The notes: a model not told the origin generated them from the letters alone. Shown: positions 25,699-35,859, counted from the first letter of the stretch. The stretch: DNA of 64,000 nt from Sedimentisphaeraceae bacterium JB056 (GCA_044440125.1 JBITAJ010000004.1:1-64000), one strand, 5' to 3'. Numbers and translations: made by a program.

Positions 25699-28089
25699 TC
25701 AAATTCCCTGACTCTGCAGCCATAATTGGGCAAAGCTTACAAAATCGCCAAGATCAACACGACAATCTTTGTTAAGATCACCATCAAGATAAAGTGTATT
25801 TACATCACCACAAAATTGAGGAGCAGAATTATCAAGGACTATTGTCGTCATCGGTTTTATTTCGATAGTGCCTGTACTGATATCCACGCTGTCTCCAGTT
25901 ACCATATCCGTAGCGTAATCCGGCAGATGTCCAGGCAGCGCAACGTCATAGGTAGTGTTCGACTCTGACTCGTTCATAATAATATAATAGTCACCATATT
26001 CACAAAGATACAGTTCGAAAAGCCCATAAGGTGTCTGCATATCGATATTCGCAATACGATCGATCTGATCGGTCATATAATGGACACGAGCAACATTTGT
26101 AGCAAGTGCTCCATCATGATCACGAGTTGCAAAATCATCATTCGGCTGTCTCCAGTTTAGCGACATCAGCATACGCGAATCATCTTTTTTGACAGATACT
26201 GCCTGCGCCTGCTCATCGGACCAAGCGTAATTTCCTTCGCCCTCTTCCATCGGAAGTCTGTAGGCAGTGGTTTGAGCTGCCGCGTCATTCCAGAGACCGA
26301 CAAGATCTATGAAACCTTCGGCATTATTACTGAAATGAGGACTTGGATCCTGATTCAATTCCGCTACAGTCTCGGCAAAAAGTCTGTTATTATCTACAAA
26401 AAGTTCAACCATTCGTTTTGCTTCCTGTGAACCTAACTGTGAGGCGGCATAAACAGTACCAACTATAGAAGTCATGCCAGGGAAAGGCTCACCAACATGC
26501 CTGTTGGGACGATTGTTTATAACCATCTCGTTCATAAGAACACTGTTGCCGTTCTCGTCAATACCGGTATAACAGAACCTGCTCCATGCTGAGAACATTT
26601 TGGCAAACTGTGCATTTAGTTGAGAATCAACCATCGTATCACAATATTTCATGGCATAAGCAAGCGGAGCTTCTCCATAACCGCCGCAATAACCGCCGGC
26701 TGATGTACCGGGGCCCTCACACGAGACACCTTTATACGAGAACCAATGAGTTACATCATCATAAAAACCTGCAGGAAGTATGCCGCTTGCCCTGTAAGCT
26801 AATTCCAGCATTGTTGAGCGGTCGAGTGCTTTGGCCGGATCAAGCACTTTAAGTGCCTCGTTGTGCTGCCAGGCCGCATATTGCTGTGCGATATCCTGAT
26901 TTGTCGCATGCCCGCGGTCGCTGATAAGATGGTCACGCGACCATTGGAAAAGCTGCTCCCACGCATCGCGTCTTGTTACATCCGCCACCTGATCGCCGTC
27001 ATTGTCGATTATCTCATCGAGAGTCACCGCGGAAATTTCATTCTGCACCAGAAGAAATGCCTCTGCCGGACCTCGCACTCCAAAGCCCTCCAGGCAGCCC
27101 GAGCCGTTAACACGATCTGGTCCACCTATCCATCTAAGGCCCCAGGGATTATCAAACGCTCCGTTTGCACCCTGAACGATGCAGTACCAGTCCAGAGCCG
27201 CTACTATCCTTTCGATAAGTTCGGGGTCTTGATAATATTTAGACCATGGGGCATTATAAGCCTTGGCATAAAGCATGGGAACTTTCATAGCATCGCAATT
27301 GCCTTGTTTCAATCGAACATAAAGGTCTTCCTTCCATTCCTGTTCTGTCATAGCAGCATTACCGCCGCGTCCGTCCCAGGTCGTTGCCCCTGTCATCCAT
27401 CCGGGAGCATCTCCGGCAGCAACAGCCGCATCCCAGCTATCCCCCCATTTTTGCCATGTCATAATCTCATCGAGAGCTTCTTCTGCCTCTGAAACGAGGT
27501 AAGTATAGTGATCCACTCCGCCGTCAGCAACAGGGACACCTGCACCGGGATTAGTCCCCTGCGTTTCACCTTCGGGAACAAAGAAAGGATCAAGATGCGT
27601 ATAAACATGATACACCTGCAATTGTGCATTGGCAAGTTTCAGCGTTACGCTCGTTCTGCCGCTGGTAAGATTTTGCGGAATCATATATGTTGAATATACG
27701 AACCGCCCTTGATATGAAGGCCTGTCATCCCAATACATAATTTCACTCTCAGGAATTCCTGCGTAATATTCGCCAAGTTGGTTGTCCTGAGAATCGTAGA
27801 GATAAAGATACTGGCGACCTTCAACTACCTGTGAACCCCATAGTTTCACTGTAAGATAATTCTGCTCGGAAGGGTCGCAGGCGATTGTAAAGCGTATTGA
27901 CCCATCAATTCCTATCTCACGAGCAGACATACCAAGTCCACCCGTAATGCTTGTTGTGTTAGTAAAAGTACATGTATGAAGCATAGCCTCTGAATAGAAA
28001 TTTCCAAACTGAATTGAGTCAATTGCAGTAAACTGACCCAAGCAGATTCCGGAGACAGCAATTATCAATAATATCATTATATTTTTCAT
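25699..28089 (-). CDS. Secreted alpha/alpha-toroid lyase-like protein of unassigned family with C-terminal dockerin-like tail
   Basis: Signal peptide; YYQDPELIERIVAALDWY helix motif, GHATNQD, GGYCGGYG; tail GDLNKDCRVDLGDFVSFAQLWL. Confidence 0.6.
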   Translation of the reverse strand: MKNIMILLIIAVSGICLGQFTAIDSIQFGNFYSEAMLHTCTFTNTTSITGGLGMSAREIGIDGSIRFTIACDPSEQNYLTVKLWGSQVVEGRQYLYLYDSQDNQLGEYYAGIPESEIMYWDDRPSYQGRFVYSTYMIPQNLTSGRTSVTLKLANAQLQVYHVYTHLDPFFVPEGETQGTNPGAGVPVADGGVDHYTYLVSEAEEALDEIMTWQKWGDSWDAAVAAGDAPGWMTGATTWDGRGGNAAMTEQEWKEDLYVRLKQGNCDAMKVPMLYAKAYNAPWSKYYQDPELIERIVAALDWYCIVQGANGAFDNPWGLRWIGGPDRVNGSGCLEGFGVRGPAEAFLLVQNEISAVTLDEIIDNDGDQVADVTRRDAWEQLFQWSRDHLISDRGHATNQDIAQQYAAWQHNEALKVLDPAKALDRSTMLELAYRASGILPAGFYDDVTHWFSYKGVSCEGPGTSAGGYCGGYGEAPLAYAMKYCDTMVDSQLNAQFAKMFSAWSRFCYTGIDENGNSVLMNEMVINNRPNRHVGEPFPGMTSIVGTVYAASQLGSQEAKRMVELFVDNNRLFAETVAELNQDPSPHFSNNAEGFIDLVGLWNDAAAQTTAYRLPMEEGEGNYAWSDEQAQAVSVKKDDSRMLMSLNWRQPNDDFATRDHDGALATNVARVHYMTDQIDRIANIDMQTPYGLFELYLCEYGDYYIIMNESESNTTYDVALPGHLPDYATDMVTGDSVDISTGTIEIKPMTTIVLDNSAPQFCGDVNTLYLDGDLNKDCRVDLGDFVSFAQLWLQSQGI

Positions 28090-28135
28090 TTTAACCTCAT
28101 ATTCAATTAATATACAAATAGAAAGAATATGCCTT

Positions 28136-30895
28136 CTATTTATTCACAATTTCAACCACTATGTCACTTGAAGCAGCAAGTCGAACTGAAAGTTCTGTAA
28201 ATCCATCTTTCTCAGTATATTGCGGCTTCATGTTTTCAAAATCCATATTCTTAACTGTCGCTTTTTTATCTTTTACAGGAAAAGCTATTCTAACAGAATC
28301 ATGTGATTTGGCTTTTATTCTGTTATTCCCATCAATCTCAAGGCCTGCATCAGTAAGCTGTTCGCATGAATCTATGGAATAGCCTCCGACATTAAGATAC
28401 CGGCCGTTTCCAAGATACAGATATTTCACTTTTCCTTTGCTATCAATGCTCACTACCGCAAAGTTTCCTTCGAATTCCATGTCATTGATCTTGAACCTCT
28501 TATAATCGGATTCACTGCTCATTACATAAATCTTACCATCAGCAGTTTCTATTTCCAAGGCCGCAAGGCTCTCTACTGATATATTACGAATATCACGTAC
28601 AAAAGTGCCTTTTTTAAGGTCAAACGGCTCAAATATATTAATAAATGGTCGCTTCCAGGCCGGCCCACTGCGTCGTACTATAACAGCAGGCATCGGTTTA
28701 CCAGCAAGAGAGTTCGGTATTGAGCCCCTTAAAGCGGCCCTTGAACGAGGAGAGGTGACTTTAAAAACAGTCGTATCCTCATAACCGGCAGTCCACATCT
28801 TCATCGCAGCATTTTCAGAGACCTCAAATATAACGTTTAAATCACCATCATATTTCGCCGCATATTCATCAGTAAAATAATCATATCCCTTTAATAATCC
28901 TCTTTGTGAATTCAAGAGATTCGTTTTAGCTAAAGCTACAGACCGGCCATTAGAATCGTTAATCTCAGAAAGTTTGCCAATATTATGGTAGACGTAGTCA
29001 TGAAATTTATCTGCTCCATCAGAACGGGCCGAACGAAACATATCGACATAAAACCCGCTTTGAGAGGAAGTTCGAATAAGAGCGAGAAGTCTTCTCTGAA
29101 CGGCACCTGTCTTAGGCTCCGTAAAAGAAGCGTCTATGAATGAAATATTCTCATTTATGCGAGAGGTGCTTTCCGGCACCGGCTCCCATGAATTAACCCT
29201 GTAAGCAGCATAACGCTTATCACCATGTTGGCCGTGATGCGGATCGTAATCTGAAATACCATCAACTATCACCGTATTATGAGCCGGATACCTTAAATAA
29301 TACTGTCCGTGCTCGCTCTGCCAGTAGCTGGAGCCTCTTCCGCAGTCAGGCCCCATCACCATTCCCCGGCCGTAAAGCTCCATCGTCATACCGTTGGCGT
29401 GAACATGCCCGCCGGCAGTACCGGTAAGAGCTGCACAAAGAGCAGTCTGCGGATCTTCACCGCTGCGCTGTATGAACATATTCACCGGTCTTGAATAATA
29501 TGTCGGAGTCTGCAAAGATGAATCAGAACCGTTAGCCTCAGTAAGCTCTCCTACATAATTGGCAAGGGTAAACAACGTATTGTTTTTAGATCGGTTATAG
29601 CCTTGTGCCATCTGATCTTTAAGAACATTCGTTACAACAGCCTCCATTTCCTTATCACCTCTGTACCTGTATAAGGCAATGAGCAATTCTACCGGCTCGG
29701 TTTCGGGCTTATCGTGGTAAGTATCACCAAAACCTACCGAATAGCCGTTAGGAAACAGGTACTGGAAATACGCCAGATACGCTCGTTCTATTATCGGAAA
29801 ATCCTTAAGGATATCCTGGCCTACAGCATTTCTAATGACAGTTGCAAGTTTAATTATTGTCTGCGTAGTTCCAAAAGCATAACCGGGAGCCTCGGGCCAT
29901 ATAGCCTGGTCAGGGTCGTATTCATCATTTACTACTTCCGGCAGCGCCTTCTGAAATTCACGGCTTGTCTTTAGAAAACTGTCAAGATAATACTGTCTGC
30001 CTTTGCCATTGGCATATTTATCATTACTCTCAAGAGCCAATGCCATATAAACAATATATCGTGCCTGATTTATATTCCAGTTTCCTTTAGCCCCTCCGCC
30101 TTCTATTATTCTATCAGCCCAGCGGCAAAATACCGCTTCGGCTATATCTGTGTCTTTGCCTTCGCTTTTCAAGTACTCACGTATGTAGTCATAGCAAACA
30201 GCCATAGGCACCGTTATCGCCTCATGAATTACTTCAAATGTCGCAAGCCCCACAATCTGCCTGCTTCTGTCATCTTCATAAAATTTCGGATTTCCCCTGT
30301 GATACATCCCATTGGTATATGTCCAGAATATATCTGAGGCGAATTTAGCATAATCTTCATCACCGGTAAGCCAATAAACAAATGCCGCGTTCTGAGCAAG
30401 GGTCATAATGCGTTCATTTATGCGTTCTATAATCTGCCCTGTTTTATCTACCGGTGCCCACTCCCACGGCTTGCCTTCCTTTTTGCCATTACGCAGCCAC
30501 ATTCCCCTCTCATCATCCATGTAAGGCTTGATATCCTCAATAGCCGGTGCAAGATAATCAACGGCCCAATCTCTGCCGCCGGCAAATTTGGGAGTAGGTA
30601 CAGGAGCAAGACCTTCACCATGTGAAAAAACCGATCCGTTCACATAAACATCTTTATATTTATTATTCCAGTACATCTGTAAACGGGATACAATCCACTG
30701 CGGATCTTTCTTATGACGCTCCACATACGGTTCAACGGAAGATTTGAGGGATTCGTAATTAGCCGCCGCCCATTCATTTCCACGTATCTTAGCTTTAATT
30801 TCGCGAACCTGCCCATCCTGTGTATAAATACCCACACCTGATACACAAACGTTTGTGATTGTTATAATTACAAATATTAAAAGACAATTTTTCAT
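28136..30895 (-). CDS. Secreted heparinase II/III family protein
   Basis: GNWN, WPEAPGY, GFGD, GGHVHANG and PAHNTVIVDG motifs; signal peptide. Confidence 0.78.
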   Translation of the reverse strand: MKNCLLIFVIITITNVCVSGVGIYTQDGQVREIKAKIRGNEWAAANYESLKSSVEPYVERHKKDPQWIVSRLQMYWNNKYKDVYVNGSVFSHGEGLAPVPTPKFAGGRDWAVDYLAPAIEDIKPYMDDERGMWLRNGKKEGKPWEWAPVDKTGQIIERINERIMTLAQNAAFVYWLTGDEDYAKFASDIFWTYTNGMYHRGNPKFYEDDRSRQIVGLATFEVIHEAITVPMAVCYDYIREYLKSEGKDTDIAEAVFCRWADRIIEGGGAKGNWNINQARYIVYMALALESNDKYANGKGRQYYLDSFLKTSREFQKALPEVVNDEYDPDQAIWPEAPGYAFGTTQTIIKLATVIRNAVGQDILKDFPIIERAYLAYFQYLFPNGYSVGFGDTYHDKPETEPVELLIALYRYRGDKEMEAVVTNVLKDQMAQGYNRSKNNTLFTLANYVGELTEANGSDSSLQTPTYYSRPVNMFIQRSGEDPQTALCAALTGTAGGHVHANGMTMELYGRGMVMGPDCGRGSSYWQSEHGQYYLRYPAHNTVIVDGISDYDPHHGQHGDKRYAAYRVNSWEPVPESTSRINENISFIDASFTEPKTGAVQRRLLALIRTSSQSGFYVDMFRSARSDGADKFHDYVYHNIGKLSEINDSNGRSVALAKTNLLNSQRGLLKGYDYFTDEYAAKYDGDLNVIFEVSENAAMKMWTAGYEDTTVFKVTSPRSRAALRGSIPNSLAGKPMPAVIVRRSGPAWKRPFINIFEPFDLKKGTFVRDIRNISVESLAALEIETADGKIYVMSSESDYKRFKINDMEFEGNFAVVSIDSKGKVKYLYLGNGRYLNVGGYSIDSCEQLTDAGLEIDGNNRIKAKSHDSVRIAFPVKDKKATVKNMDFENMKPQYTEKDGFTELSVRLAASSDIVVEIVNK

Positions 30896-30912
30896 AATAT
30901 ATATCAGTATTT

Positions 30913-30946
30913 ATAAAACGAGGACGGACTAAAAGCCCGTCCTCGT
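30913..30946 (-). terminator. Intra-cluster stem-loop/terminator
   Basis: Minus strand ACGAGGACGGGC-tttta-GTCCGTCCTCGT-tttat, a 12-bp stem in a 75-bp co-directional gap. Confidence 0.75.
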
Positions 30947-30970
30947 AATTATCGCATATAGTTATCCAGA

Positions 30971-33016
30971 TTATGGACAATTCGAAACAACAGGATCAGT
31001 ACATGCAAGCCAATCCGCTGCTATTATTGCAATGTCTGCACCATCAAGGAAGCAATCACCGTTAAGATCGGCTGGGTAATTGAACGGACATTCGAATGCA
31101 TCAGCAATCAGAATATCATCACCACGACCTGAGTTAGGTACAGCAGCAAAAATGCCTTCAAGAGCTGTATCACCAAGATTAACGATGCTAATATCTCCTG
31201 GATAAACATCACTTGTAACAGTGCCACTGCGTAGAGCAAATCTGTTGGCAATATAAATACTTCCGTTATAGAAGTCAAAACCACCTGGATTGTTGGCTTT
31301 TGTATTGTCTGCAAACAGATACGGGCCTGATTGAGCTATAGCTATATCACCTGCCGTCAGTGAAACCTCGAATCGTGAAATACGATCATTATAGTGACTG
31401 TTGACATACAGATAACCGTCTGTACCAAAGAGCATTTCATTATCACCAGTTATACTGAATGAAGGATTCTCTTCAGCAGTCGGAACACCGGCAGCTGTTC
31501 TTTGTGCAGTATAAGCCTTGGCTATCCTGAGAGTGCTTGGTTCGATCACATACATGGCATGAGGCTTTGAAGAACCGTTGTCGCCCCTGCACAGATACAG
31601 CTCATCAATACCGTCAGGACTGTTAGGTTCGCTTGCTGAAGCGATTGTTGCTACATCAGGACCAGTCGTAATAGCTGTCGCTATCAGATTGTCAACAGTA
31701 GCAAGAACGCTGCCCTCATCAGCCGCACCAGGGCCGCTGATAACGTTGAGAGTGCTGTAACCGGTTATCACGCATTCTGTTGTCCAGGTAGAAGTAACGT
31801 TGCCTGTAAGAGCATAAAGATCGACAACACCATCCTGATTATAATCGTATGCAAAAGTACCGCCATAGGCTCTGTTGGTACCATTGCTTTGATCAGGGGT
31901 AAAGAACCTTGTCATAGAACCATTTACCGGATTCACTTTCTCTATGGTATTATCAGTACCCTGTCTGAAGCAGTAAATCATATCATCAGGACCTATGGTC
32001 ATTACTCTTGTACTTCTGAAGCCGTCAGCTTCCCACATCAATTCGCCCAAATAGTTGAACTTGTAAAGTTTGTTGTTGATACTTCCGTCAACTACAAAGA
32101 AATCCTTGAATCCATCATCAACAGGAATTATTCCCACTGCAGTAAAGTTAGCACCGGCCTTTTCATAAATCGTCTCAATATAATTGAAACTTGAATCAAA
32201 AACATCTACAGAAGGATTGGTTCTTGTTCCGGTATTAAATCTATTAGGCATATAGCATTTACCGTCAGGTGCAAATTCAAAGTACTGCGCATAGTTTACG
32301 GCAGGATGCTGTATAATCTTGGTAACATCAGGAGCTCCGCTGCCGTCAGTATTGTACTGGGCAATAAAGTTTCTGGATGAAGTATTGGCATCGCTGTAAT
32401 AAATCTTATCGTCCTTAATCACGCCACCCTTGAGAACAGAAATATTGACGGCAAAGCTTCTAAGCACACTGCTTACATCCATACCATCTACTACCGAAAT
32501 CAAATTTGCATCACCGTCGATAACGTAGAGTTCTTCCTGACCGTCACTTGTTTCATCAGGTCCGAATGTAACAGAAACTCCATTACCGGCAGTCAAAGTC
32601 GAGTTTGTTGCAAGAACAGATCCCTCATTACCATTTCCCGGTCCGCCCACTACAACGATACGGCCTTCACCACAAATATACAGGTCATTAACGCCATCAC
32701 TGTTATAATCCGGTCCAAAATCGAGACTTATGCATCGACTTCCATCACTGAAAAAAGTGCTTTTATCACCCGATGCTGCTGCGACGAACATAACTCGTCT
32801 GTTAGTATTGTCTGCAACATAGATATTCCCGTCAGGGCCTATGGCGGCATCAACATAGGAGTTGCCTAAGCCCACCTGCCAGACAATATTTCCGTCAACA
32901 TCCATACGTGTAATTTCGCTATTGCCGGTATCTACTGCCACTATATCATATGCCGCATTTACCGTACAGGCAAACATCAGGGCTGATATTAAAATGTAAA
33001 ATAATTTTGTTTTCAT
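30971..33016 (-). CDS. Secreted tandem beta-propeller (NHL/Vgb-like) protein with C-terminal dockerin-like tail
   Basis: Repeated IGPDGNIYVAD, FAPDGKCY and FGTDGYLYV blades; duplicated GPGxxxEGSVLAT; tail ADLNGDCFLDGADIAIIAADWL. Confidence 0.7.
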   Translation of the reverse strand: MKTKLFYILISALMFACTVNAAYDIVAVDTGNSEITRMDVDGNIVWQVGLGNSYVDAAIGPDGNIYVADNTNRRVMFVAAASGDKSTFFSDGSRCISLDFGPDYNSDGVNDLYICGEGRIVVVGGPGNGNEGSVLATNSTLTAGNGVSVTFGPDETSDGQEELYVIDGDANLISVVDGMDVSSVLRSFAVNISVLKGGVIKDDKIYYSDANTSSRNFIAQYNTDGSGAPDVTKIIQHPAVNYAQYFEFAPDGKCYMPNRFNTGTRTNPSVDVFDSSFNYIETIYEKAGANFTAVGIIPVDDGFKDFFVVDGSINNKLYKFNYLGELMWEADGFRSTRVMTIGPDDMIYCFRQGTDNTIEKVNPVNGSMTRFFTPDQSNGTNRAYGGTFAYDYNQDGVVDLYALTGNVTSTWTTECVITGYSTLNVISGPGAADEGSVLATVDNLIATAITTGPDVATIASASEPNSPDGIDELYLCRGDNGSSKPHAMYVIEPSTLRIAKAYTAQRTAAGVPTAEENPSFSITGDNEMLFGTDGYLYVNSHYNDRISRFEVSLTAGDIAIAQSGPYLFADNTKANNPGGFDFYNGSIYIANRFALRSGTVTSDVYPGDISIVNLGDTALEGIFAAVPNSGRGDDILIADAFECPFNYPADLNGDCFLDGADIAIIAADWLACTDPVVSNCP

Positions 33017-33065
33017 ATTTACAACCTCATAAAATTAATTTCATATTTCATTAATTAAATACTTC

Positions 33066-34055
33066 TCAGTCAGCCAACCACAAATTAGCAAGTTCAGAGA
33101 AATCAAGAAGATCAACCTTACAATCCGAGTTTAGGTCGCCTTCCTTGAATTCGGTTCCTACATCACCACAAAACTGCGGATCAACAAGTAAAAATTCCTG
33201 AGGTCCTTCGAATTCACCTGTAAAGGTTGACACTGACATTGAATCGATCCAGCCGCTGAAACCGCCATTGAAATTGGTATCTGCTCCGCAGCCCAATTCA
33301 GTGCCGTTATCCATAGCGGTAAAACAATGATTCGCTATACCAAAATTCTCAGGCAAGCCAAGAGCAGAGTTTGTAGTTCCTGAAGAAGTAGCCTTCAGTT
33401 GACCGTTAACATAATAACTTGCAACACCTGTAGAACTGCTGCTGTCCCACTCCCATACAATTGCAACATGAGAGAATTCCATACCGGAAAGTGCATTGTT
33501 AGGATCTGCTTCCGAAAAATTGTAGAAGAAGTTGGTGTCACCGGCTTGTATTCTCTGCCCGTAACCATCTGCAGTCACTGCCAGACCAACATTATCCGTG
33601 ATTGTGCCGGCTACATCACACCAGTCGCCGATCTCCCACCATTTCATGATCCATATCTGTCCCCAGCGGTTATCTGAACTGGTAGGCAAATTGGCATAAT
33701 CAGGCATTACCCATGCCTCAAAGATATAATTATCTTCAAGATCGTAACCGGAACCTACATTAACCAGCATGACTTCATCGAGTGCATCTGGCCCGCTGCT
33801 TTTGCCGTTAGTATACATTACACCGGGGGTTGTTGTAAGATCAGGTAGATTACTGTACTCATCAGCCTGTACTGTCACCGGAACAGTTACAACACCGCTA
33901 TCGCCGCTGTAAGTTACATTATCGGCCTCAATAGCACCATCCATATTAAGACGGAATACGGTTGACAATTCTGCAGCGCCCACGCAGGAATACACAAGTA
34001 GCCCTGCCAATAACGCCGCCAACACCCTACTAAATACTTTTGGAGAATTTTCCAT
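33066..34055 (-). CDS. Secreted LamG/concanavalin-like protein with C-terminal dockerin-like tail
   Basis: ATG at 34055 after GGAGGT; FEAWV, FSHVAIVW, YYVNG and FSGWID LamG pattern; tail GDLNSDCKVDLLDFSELANLWL. Confidence 0.7.
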   Translation of the reverse strand: MENSPKVFSRVLAALLAGLLVYSCVGAAELSTVFRLNMDGAIEADNVTYSGDSGVVTVPVTVQADEYSNLPDLTTTPGVMYTNGKSSGPDALDEVMLVNVGSGYDLEDNYIFEAWVMPDYANLPTSSDNRWGQIWIMKWWEIGDWCDVAGTITDNVGLAVTADGYGQRIQAGDTNFFYNFSEADPNNALSGMEFSHVAIVWEWDSSSSTGVASYYVNGQLKATSSGTTNSALGLPENFGIANHCFTAMDNGTELGCGADTNFNGGFSGWIDSMSVSTFTGEFEGPQEFLLVDPQFCGDVGTEFKEGDLNSDCKVDLLDFSELANLWLAD

Positions 34056-34086
34056 AAATAACCTCCATGGAATTAAAGTAACATTA

Positions 34087-35859
34087 TTAAATTTCCACAA
34101 ATTTCGCGCGAATTCTCTTCGCGATAATACGCAATATAAAACCTATCAACAATATTGCCCCTCCACTGAATAATATACATGCTCTTGCTTCTATTTTGTT
34201 TGGTATCAGCAAAAGCAGTAAAACAACAGTGCCATACACCATACACAATGAGCTCAATACGCCGTACTGACGCATATCACCTTGTTTACTGCCGGGATGT
34301 TCGGTCTCCATATCAATCGGTGTATTCATCTGGGTGAAGAAGCTCTCGACCTGCTGGCGGTATTGAAGACTTGTATTCTTGTAAAAGAGCATACTGAACA
34401 AATATACGCTCACACATACTATAATTAATACTGCTGTTGTTATGGCAATGTTCAGATCACTGATCTCATTTCCATTGAAAGGAACTGCCGGATTAAACAG
34501 GTTTTGAATAAAATCACCTTTCAATATAAACCTCAGTGACAACGAAACGGCAAAACCGATTACAAGCGTAGCCCACGCGCTCCATGGAGGAGTGCGTTTA
34601 ATAAACATCCCAAAAAACAGCGGCACTGCAGTAGGAATACCGATAGAAGCCGCACATATCAGAATAAGATCGAAAAGCTTCACCTCTTTGAGGCTGTTGA
34701 AAAACAGAGCAGCCACTATCCAGAGAATACCGAAAGCCAGTATAAAAAGCCTGCCGACAAGTATCTGCCTTTTTTCAGAAGCGTCTTTATTGACGATACG
34801 GATATAAAAATTCCTAACGAACGTTCCTGAGACAATATTGAGCTGACTGTTAAGAGTAGTGAGCGTAGCCGCAAATATAGCACATACGAGCAACCCTACA
34901 AGACCCTGTGGAAGAAGCTGCTTGGCAATCTCCACATAAGCTGCCTCATTAGGATTCTTAAGCATTGGATAAAGTGATTCCATATCAGGATTAAGAACCG
35001 CAGAAGCAAGAGCGGGTATCATCCATATCGGAGAAAGCAGAAGAAAACCGGCAATTGAAACCAGCACAGCCTTCTTTGCATCCGTACCATTTTTAACGAA
35101 TACATATCTCGCCGCACCAATAAGCATACTGTTCATCTGCACAGTCTGATTTAGCAGAAGCGTAGCGGCAAAAAATATAATCACCCAAGGCCTGCTGAAT
35201 TCTTCCCAATGGAAGTGCCTTGAAGGCATCTTCTCAAGCAAGCCTGAAACACCCTGGATATCAGGATGGCGGATAGTAAGAAAAGCCATTACAAGTGTAA
35301 TCGTTATAACTACCAGCATCTGAACGAAATCACCGGCAGTTGCTGCCCATGAACCGCCGAAGAGTGTCATAAACGTCACAACGGCTCCCAGAGATATTAT
35401 CAAATATTGCATTTTGATGTTGAAAACACCGCTCATAAAAACAGATATAACATAAAGAGCTATGCCGCCGAAAAATACCTGTGAGATTATCGGAAGCCAT
35501 GCGAATATCATCTCGTTAGTATCACCGTAGCGATTACGTACCGCTTCGACCGGAGTGATAATTCTCATCTGCCTATAACGAGGGGCAGTGAAAAAATAAG
35601 CAAACCATAGAGCCACGAAATTGCATGCAAAAAGTATCAGAAAAAATGTTCCGGTCTCATACGCTTTGGCTGCTCCACCGGTAAATGACCACGCTGAGAA
35701 GTTTGTCATGAACGCACTGCTGCCGACAACCCACCACAGCATTCCACCGCCTCCGCGGAAGAAATCGCTGCTGGTCTTACTGAAACTCTTGTAGACAGGC
35801 CCCAGAAGAAGCATGAATACAAGATAGAAGGCTATAACTGCGTAATCATAAACTGTCAT
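34087..35859 (-). CDS. Sodium:solute symporter (SSS), probable oligosaccharide/oligo-uronate importer
   Basis: Many hydrophobic helices; DFFRGGGGMLWW, FSAWSFTG, TDFVQ-like AGDFVQ, LLPQGLVGLLVCAIFAAT; start overlaps the upstream stop (TAATG). Confidence 0.88.
   Translation of the reverse strand: MTVYDYAVIAFYLVFMLLLGPVYKSFSKTSSDFFRGGGGMLWWVVGSSAFMTNFSAWSFTGGAAKAYETGTFFLILFACNFVALWFAYFFTAPRYRQMRIITPVEAVRNRYGDTNEMIFAWLPIISQVFFGGIALYVISVFMSGVFNIKMQYLIISLGAVVTFMTLFGGSWAATAGDFVQMLVVITITLVMAFLTIRHPDIQGVSGLLEKMPSRHFHWEEFSRPWVIIFFAATLLLNQTVQMNSMLIGAARYVFVKNGTDAKKAVLVSIAGFLLLSPIWMIPALASAVLNPDMESLYPMLKNPNEAAYVEIAKQLLPQGLVGLLVCAIFAATLTTLNSQLNIVSGTFVRNFYIRIVNKDASEKRQILVGRLFILAFGILWIVAALFFNSLKEVKLFDLILICAASIGIPTAVPLFFGMFIKRTPPWSAWATLVIGFAVSLSLRFILKGDFIQNLFNPAVPFNGNEISDLNIAITTAVLIIVCVSVYLFSMLFYKNTSLQYRQQVESFFTQMNTPIDMETEHPGSKQGDMRQYGVLSSLCMVYGTVVLLLLLIPNKIEARACILFSGGAILLIGFILRIIAKRIRAKFVEI

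Noticed and set aside
24944..27492. Plus-strand ORFs of 220 and 209 aa
   Set aside because: Antisense to well-supported long genes; no independent evidence.
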